A stretch of 63,722 bases of DNA, filler included, from Candidatus Rokuibacteriota bacterium (GTDB lineage: Bacteria > JAUVQV01 > DATDCY01), in assembly GCA_031406795.1 (NCBI GenBank). It is 5 parts of 5 records of this genome, joined end to end, with 100 filler letters (N's around TTAATTAATTAA, not from the genome) between each part and the next. Parts side by side here need not be neighbours in the genome. Positions count along the whole stretch, not along the records: positions 58,358 to 60,490 come from JANOHV010000151.1; positions 60,591 to 63,722 come from JANOHV010000268.1; 3 more parts are not named here. The stretch is one strand, 5' to 3'. A model generated the notes under the pieces. The model had not been told where the DNA came from. It saw nothing but the letters and a program-made list of their open reading frames with translations, and searched no databases. The number at the start of each line of letters is the position of its first letter. Within the stretch, counting starts at the first letter, position 1. Shown piece after piece: positions 58,358-63,722 of the stretch. A program made the translations under genes and the position numbers.

Positions 58358-59014
58358 CAGGTACGGGAGGGCTGTCTCACCCCGGCCGACAACCAGTCGG
58401 GAGAGCAGCCCTTCCCCGAGCAGGTAGTTGAGCAGGACATAGAGGGGGGCGTATTCGCACCAATCGCTGAAGAGCGCCGCCAGGCGGACGATCGTGCAGG
58501 GGAATTGCGCGGAGAAGTCCCGCACCAGTTCCTCGGCCTGCCGCTTGCTGCGCGCGTAGGGGTAGTCGGCGTCGGCAGGCGTCTGTTCGGTGATGACCCG
58601 GCGCGGGTCGTCGAACGCCGACACGGCGAGTGAACTCGAGAAGACAAAGCGTTTGATGCCGAGACGCGCCGCGCCCGCCAGGAGGTGCCGGGTGCCATCG
58701 ACGTTCGTGCGCCGGTACTCTTTGTTGTCCCGGTACGTGAAGTCGTAGTAGCCGGCGAAGTGGAACAGGAAGTCGATCCGCGCGTCGGCCCCGATGAAGT
58801 CGATGAGCCGCGAAACCTGATGCTCGTCCCCGATGTCGCAGCGGTGCCAACGCACGTTTTCGTGTGGCGGCACGTCCGTGTCCGCCTGCCCGCGCCGCGC
58901 AACCGCGTGTACGTTGAAGTGGTCTCTGGCGGCATTGACGAAAGCACCGCCCACGAGCCCCGAGGCCCCGGTTACGATCACGTTCGGTTTGCTCAGGCTC
59001 TCCGCAAGTCCCAT
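58358..59014 (-). CDS. NAD-dependent epimerase/dehydratase (3'-truncated)
   Basis: VTGASGLVG, YARSK SDR motif. Confidence 0.85.
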
Positions 59015-59054
59015 CAGCGCACCTGCCTCGCGATGTACATCCCCTTGGCCATTC

Positions 59055-59273
59055 CTATGCTGCTGGAATCCACTTGACCGCAAGCTTTCGACGCGAAGCG
59101 GCGCAGTCGCGGAGGTACATATTGATCAGCGTCTGATACGGAACGCTAAGGTCCTCCGCGAGCTTCTTGAAGTACGCAATGGTAGTTTCGTCCAGTCTGA
59201 TCGTGACCTGCTTCTTCACGCGCTTGGCATATGGATTCTTGATTGCTTTAGAGAAGTCGTAGCTCTTTCTCAT
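59055..59273 (-). CDS. BrnA-family antitoxin
   Basis: MRKSYDFSKAIKNPY..VTIRLD..PYQTLINMYL. Confidence 0.85.
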   Translation of the reverse strand: MRKSYDFSKAIKNPYAKRVKKQVTIRLDETTIAYFKKLAEDLSVPYQTLINMYLRDCAASRRKLAVKWIPAA

Positions 59274-59566
59274 GACCGTCTCCTGCGAACATATTGGTTT
59301 GTCTCTGATTTGGTAGCTTTCCACGCGGAGAATATGCGAACAGTGTCCGTGCCTTCTCGATAGCAGTGGCACACGACGAGCATTCTTGGGGCAGCACTGA
59401 AACCAAGGAGTAGAAATCGATCCTCGATATCTGAATGGTCTGGATCGTGGATGAGAAGAGCATGCTCATCAGCGAAGACTGTCTGGCTTTCTTCGAACGA
59501 CACCCGGTGCTTCTGTTTGTTTATGGTGTTTTTGCGTTCGTCCCATACGATTCGCAACGGCTTCAT
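59270..59566 (-). CDS. BrnT-family toxin
   Basis: WDERKNTINKQKHRVSFEE..EDRFLLLG..RIFSA. Confidence 0.88.
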   Translation of the reverse strand: MKPLRIVWDERKNTINKQKHRVSFEESQTVFADEHALLIHDPDHSDIEDRFLLLGFSAAPRMLVVCHCYREGTDTVRIFSAWKATKSETNQYVRRRRS

Positions 59567-59572
59567 GCTGAC

Positions 59573-59601
59573 AATGTAGTTATGCTGTAATTATCTGTCA
59601 A
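59573..59601 (-). promoter_or_regulatory. sigma70 promoter of brnTA
   Basis: TTGACA-17-TACATT, 6 nt before ATG. Confidence 0.7.
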
Positions 59602-59618
59602 TCTTTTCTTTCTGGCGA

Positions 59619-60490
59619 GTAGAGTAGAACCTCAGTGCCGGACTGCAGGCGCGGGGAGTAGCTGTTGCCGGCGACTTTAGCGCTTTGCCGGTGCCTCAAT
59701 CCTCGCCATGCCCGTTCCCTTGGCCCCCTCGTCGAACCGGACATCGGGTTTTCCCCGGTACGGCTCTCCGACGACCTTCTCCGCGAGCTTATCAGCAATC
59801 GTTGTCATTGAAGCACCCGATCCGCCGAGCTGGTACAGACCCAGACGGACAAGCACATTGCCGTGGACTCTCCTCGCGCCCCTCGCTTGATCGTTGTACT
59901 TCCGCTTCAGGAATCTCCGGACCCGCTCGCGGATAGAGCTGTTGAGTTTCAAGAAGCGCTTGCGCTCCGGCTGCACCGTCGTGTGGTAGTTGTTCCAGCC
60001 GCGCAGGACGGGGTTCAACTCCTGGATCAACTCTTCCAGCGAGGTGCCATACCGACGCCCAATCTTCTCTTTGACCTTCTGCTTGATCCGCTGCACCGAA
60101 CGGTCGGACGGCCAGATCCGGCATGAGAACTTCACTCGCGGGTTCTGCTTGCGCACCGGTTGCAGTCGGAAATGTACCCCCAGAAAGTCGAACCCCTCCG
60201 CGGCAGCCACTATCCGGGTCTTCTCCGGATGCATCGTCAGCCCGAGGCGGTTCAACATCCAGCGCACCTTCTCCAGCACCTGTTCGCCGTTGCGCCACAG
60301 CATGATCGCGATATCGTCCGCAAACCTCACCAGCGTCCCGGGAATCTTGGCGATCTGGAACATCTTGTCGAATGAGTGCAGGTAGATGTTCGCCAGTAGC
60401 GGCGAGATCACCCCACCTTGCGGCGTCCCCAACTCGCCCGACGGAACAGCTACGCCACCGTCCATCACCCCGGCCTTGAGCCAGCCTTTG
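59619..60490 (-). mobile_element. Group II intron, 3' portion (5' part lost at contig end)
   Basis: Domain V GAGCCGTACCGGGGAAAACCCGATGTCCGGTTC, long domain VI, 3' end CTACTCTAC at 59619. Confidence 0.9.
59677..60490 (-). CDS. ltrA: Group II intron reverse transcriptase/maturase (5'-partial)
   Basis: GTPQGGVISPLLANIYL, RFADD, GFDFLG, LNPVLRGWNNY. Confidence 0.9.
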
Positions 60491-60590
60491 NNNNNNNNNN
60501 NNNNNNNNNNNNNNNNNNNNNNNNNNNNNNNNNNTTAATTAATTAANNNNNNNNNNNNNNNNNNNNNNNNNNNNNNNNNNNNNNNNNNNN
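60491..60590. other. Artificial contig linker
   Basis: N-run-TTAATTAATTAA-N-run. Confidence 0.98.
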
Positions 60591-60777
60591 GCCTGCCGTA
60601 GCGGATGCTCGCGCCGATCACGAGGGTGTCGAACGCCTGCAGGTTCGTCTGGCCCGCCTCGTCGATCGAAACCAGCGTGACCCGGTTCCCCCGCTGCTCG
60701 ATCACGTGCTGCAGATGCTGGCTAATCCGGAGGGTGTGGCCGTCGGTGGTGGAATAGAGAATCAGGATGCTGGCCAT
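60591..60777 (-). CDS. hemG: Flavodoxin-type protoporphyrinogen oxidase (3'-truncated)
   Basis: ILYSTTDGHT..VIGASIRYG. Confidence 0.8.
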
Positions 60778-60791
60778 GGCTTGGCGCCGCT

Positions 60792-61271
60792 TCAGTCGAG
60801 CGGAGAGAGCTCACCCGATGCGTCGATCATCACCCTGAAACTGTAACCGTGCCGCTCGAAACCGAGTGATTCGTAGAAGGCATGTGCGCGCTCGCGCGTG
60901 AGATTGGACGACAGCGCGACCTTGTAGCAGCCTTTCTCGCCGCACAGCCGAAGCGCGTGCTGCATCATCGCCCGGCCGATGCCCTGCCTCTGCCAGTGCG
61001 GGTCGACGGCCACATCCTCGACCACGCCGGAAGGCGTACCCCGGTGTCCGAGGTTGTCCATGATCAGTAGCGACAAGGTGCCCACGATCGTGCCATCGCA
61101 CATCGCGACATAAGTCCGGTAGTCGGGATAGCGCGCCATGCGGTCGAACATGCGTTCGGCTTCAGCCAGCGCCAGCACCTGGCCATCGTCCAGATCAGGC
61201 TGCGCATAGAGGCGGAGAATTTCTGGCAGGTCCGCCCTGGACGCTTCACGGAAAAGGATAGGTGTGCTCAT
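60792..61271 (-). CDS. GNAT acetyltransferase
   Basis: VEDVAVDPHWQRQGIG, CYKVALSS, AHAFYESLGF. Confidence 0.9.
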   Translation of the reverse strand: MSTPILFREASRADLPEILRLYAQPDLDDGQVLALAEAERMFDRMARYPDYRTYVAMCDGTIVGTLSLLIMDNLGHRGTPSGVVEDVAVDPHWQRQGIGRAMMQHALRLCGEKGCYKVALSSNLTRERAHAFYESLGFERHGYSFRVMIDASGELSPLD

Positions 61272-61357
61272 CTGACGTGTGGCCTGGGTTCAAGATGGAT
61301 TGAATCAGCCGGATAACGGTGTCTGACCCCATATATATATCTTAAGAGTTAGGTTGT

Positions 61358-61630
61358 TCAGTCCGCAATTGGCACCAACCCCTGAAAGGCCATTGCGGCT
61401 CGGAAGTTGTCTGCCACACGTTGCTGCTCAGCAGGGTTTGTGTCCCAACCATTAAAAGCAGAACGCGAATAACAAATTGCAGGCTGGGTACCGACTATCC
61501 CGTCCTCAACCTCCACTACGAGGGCGCGACCGCCCTCGCGATACTCTGCAGTGAAACGTCCAGTGAATTGCACAACAAAGCCGGATGCATTCTCAACGCC
61601 TTGCTTGTTTAGCCAGTGAAAGTCAGACAT
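61358..61630 (-). CDS. Small hypothetical cassette gene (possibly immunity-protein-like)
   Basis: Bracketed on the minus strand by GTTAGGT (61646-61640) 9 nt before ATG and ACCTAAC (61354-61348) 3 nt after the stop. Confidence 0.6.
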   Translation of the reverse strand: MSDFHWLNKQGVENASGFVVQFTGRFTAEYREGGRALVVEVEDGIVGTQPAICYSRSAFNGWDTNPAEQQRVADNFRAAMAFQGLVPIAD

Positions 61631-61639
61631 ATCAAAGCG

Positions 61640-61704
61640 ACCTAACGTAGAGCTAACCGGCGGCGCTTTAGCGCCGTCCAGCGACCGAAGGGAGCGAGGT
61701 TGAA
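61640..61704 (-). other. Integron attC site (main part; remainder at 63158-63171 beyond the IS)
   Basis: Reconstituted minus strand AAATAACAATGACG|TTCAACCTCGCTCCCTTCGGTCGCTGGACGGCGCTAAAGCGCCGCCGGTTAGCTCTACGTTAGGT. Confidence 0.75.
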
Positions 61705-63157
61705 TGATGGGATGGACTCCCCCCGCTTTTTATCGCCATAGTTGGCGTCACTGGTCTTCATGGGATGGGGATCAGATGTCTTCAACGAAAGGAGTCCGAC
61801 ATGAAGTCTACTACCGTAGCCGTTGACCTTGCCAAGTCCGTTTTCCAGCTGGCCGTTGCCGATGCTTCCTGGAAAGTCATCGAAACTCACCGTCTCACCC
61901 GCAGCCAGTTCGAGCGCTGGTTTCACAACCGCGACGTCTCGCTCGTCGTCATGGAATCCTGCGGCTCCGCCCACCACTGGGCACGCTGGCTTTCCGGCCT
62001 CGGCATCGAAGTGAAACTGCTGCCGGCCAAATACGTTCGAGCCTACGTCAAGCGCAACAAGACCGATGCCGCCGACGCAGCGGCGCTGCTCGAAGCGCTG
62101 CGCGCATCCGATATCGAGCCCGTCCGGATCAAGTCGCTTGAACAGCAGGCCCTGCAAGGCCTGCACCGCACCCGCTCGCTGTGGATGTCCACCCGCACCA
62201 GCCGCATCAATGCGCTGCGCGGCTTCTGCCGGGAATTCGGCCTCGTTATTCCGCAGGGCGCGCGCACCGGTGTCGAAACGATGGCCCGGGCACTGGCCGA
62301 TCCCCGCAGCGCCATCCCCGAGTTGATCCGGGGTTCGATGAAGCTCTTGATCGAGGAGATCCGTCTTCTGGAACAGCGCATTGCACAGCTGGAGCAGGAA
62401 CTGGCCGCGCTAGTCAAACAAAACCCGGCCTGCCAGGAATTGCTGACTGTGCCCGGCATCGGTCTGTTGACCGCCACCGCCATGGTCGCGGCGACCTCGG
62501 GCGAGGTGAGCCACTACCGCGACGCCCGTCATTTCGCCAGCTGGTTCGGCCTCACGCCCAAGGAATACTCCTCGGGCAGCACGCGCCGTCTGGGGCGCAT
62601 CTCCAAACGTGGAGACCGGTATCTGAGAATGCTGCTCACCCACGGTGCGCGCGCCGTGCTGCGATCGGCCGTCGTAGCGAAACAGGCAGGCCGGCAGGTT
62701 GACGGCCTGAAAGACTGGGCACTCAGGGTGCAGGGCAGAACCAACCACAACAAGGCCGCCTGCGCGCTGGCCAACAAGCTGGCGCGCATCTGCTATGCCG
62801 TGCTGCGGGATCACGAGCCTTACGGCAAGCTCAGTGTCCGGGAGGAAAACAAGAAAACGAACCGCACGGCGTACGCCGTGGCGGGCTGAGGCAAGCTTGA
62901 AATTTGAATGACCACCCTGCGTTTGCGAAGAGACTGATCGCCCATCATGGCTCGAACGATTGCATCATCACGGACTGACGCCGGTAACACTGCCGGCACC
63001 CAAGCTGCCGCTTGTAACGATTGGCGCGCCGTGAGCAGATTCCATGTCGGCACGGGTCACACAGAACCCACTTCAGATGCCGGATATACGACTGCACGCA
63101 ATTCCGAACAGCCACAACTATCGATCTGGTTTCTTGCTATTGGGGGGAGTCCATATA
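61705..63157 (+). mobile_element. IS110-family (IS1111 subgroup) insertion sequence
   Basis: 13-bp subterminal IR ATGGACTCCCCCC (61712-61724)/GGGGGGAGTCCAT (63142-63154); no target duplication; ~250-bp non-coding end downstream of tnp. Confidence 0.88.
61801..62889 (+). CDS. IS110-family transposase
   Basis: VAVDLAK, VMES, KTDAADA (DEDD), GLTPKEYSSG, ISKRGDRYLR, ALANKLAR. Confidence 0.95.
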   Translation: MKSTTVAVDLAKSVFQLAVADASWKVIETHRLTRSQFERWFHNRDVSLVVMESCGSAHHWARWLSGLGIEVKLLPAKYVRAYVKRNKTDAADAAALLEALRASDIEPVRIKSLEQQALQGLHRTRSLWMSTRTSRINALRGFCREFGLVIPQGARTGVETMARALADPRSAIPELIRGSMKLLIEEIRLLEQRIAQLEQELAALVKQNPACQELLTVPGIGLLTATAMVAATSGEVSHYRDARHFASWFGLTPKEYSSGSTRRLGRISKRGDRYLRMLLTHGARAVLRSAVVAKQAGRQVDGLKDWALRVQGRTNHNKAACALANKLARICYAVLRDHEPYGKLSVREENKKTNRTAYAVAG

Positions 63158-63185
63158 CGTCATTGTTATTTTTGCGGAATCCGTC

Positions 63186-63722
63186 ATGCGCGCCTTGTTC
63201 CTCCTGTTGATCGTTCCTGCACTCGCTTTTGCCCAGGCGGGGGGTCCGCCCTTCATTCCGGTCAACATGATGAAAGTCGCTCCCACCCCGGTGTCGAATA
63301 CGGTCAACGCGGTGGGCGCGCTGATTGCCGAAGACAGCGTGATGATGCGCCCGGAAATCGATGGCCGCATCGACAGACTGCTGTTCAAGGAAGGCCAGCC
63401 GGTAAAAAAAGGCGCGGTCCTGGTGGTGCTCGATTCCGCCGAGCAGCGCGCGCGCCTGGCCGCAGCCCAGGCGGAGATGAAGCTGGCGCAAAGCCGTTTC
63501 CGGCGCAGCGAGGAGCTGGTCGCACAGAACTTCATTTCCCGACAGGCACTCGACGAAGCCCGCGCCAACCTCGACATCCTGCGCGCGCGCCTGCGGCAGG
63601 AGCAGGTTGCGCTCGACAAGACCGTGATCCGTGCGCCGTTTGCCGCGGTGGCCGGTTTGCGCCAGGTCAGCCCCGGCGCCTACGTCAACAAGGGCGACGA
63701 CCTGGTGCGGCTGGACGCGCTC
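63186..63722 (+). CDS. RND efflux periplasmic adaptor (MFP), 3'-truncated
   Basis: Signal peptide, PEIDGRI..FKEGQPVKKG, IRAPF. Confidence 0.85.
   Translation, partial: MRALFLLLIVPALAFAQAGGPPFIPVNMMKVAPTPVSNTVNAVGALIAEDSVMMRPEIDGRIDRLLFKEGQPVKKGAVLVVLDSAEQRARLAAAQAEMKLAQSRFRRSEELVAQNFISRQALDEARANLDILRARLRQEQVALDKTVIRAPFAAVAGLRQVSPGAYVNKGDDLVRLDAL

Noticed and set aside
59677..60490. RT as retron, DGR or defence RT
   Set aside because: Maturase domain plus adjacent DV/DVI identify an ordinary group II intron
61318..61345. GTCTGACCCC + ATATATATAT next to the truncated attC
   Set aside because: Single REP-like half-site without a partner; insufficient evidence

Overview
The window is five GC-rich bacterial contigs joined by artificial N-TTAATTAATTAA-N linkers (27494-27593, 43382-43481, 58258-58357, 60491-60590), so adjacency across gaps is meaningless. 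Contig 1 carries housekeeping genes (LysM lytic transglycosylase, nfo, xerC, tex), a probable selenocysteine peroxiredoxin, a decayed TA/restriction islet, a group 3b [NiFe]-hydrogenase operon and a two-component cluster. Contig 2 is the most unusual part. It holds an accessory island in which eight copies of a promoter-like motif (TGTC-N6-TGTCAC-N10-TAnnnT, resembling the PafBC/WYL DNA-damage promoter) sit in front of a ClpP + tandem-AAA pair, an RNA 2'-phosphotransferase, a NucS-like nuclease, Mre11/Rad50-like genes and three clustered genes with twin-arginine-like leaders. Two of those three are a tail-less FtsZ paralog and a DnaA paralog reduced to its AAA+ domain. The island is a diverged tandem duplication with reciprocal gene deletions. 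Contig 3 has an arsenic/thioredoxin operon, a double-length uvrA with a repeat element inserted in frame, and rplU-rpmA-obgE-proBA. Contig 4 has BrnTA and the 3' part of a group II intron. Contig 5 has an integron-like cassette whose flanking attC is split by an IS1111-type element. Three palindromic element types occur (families A and B dispersed, C single-copy); family A shows clear compensatory base changes. All calls come from reading the sequence only; no database searches were run.
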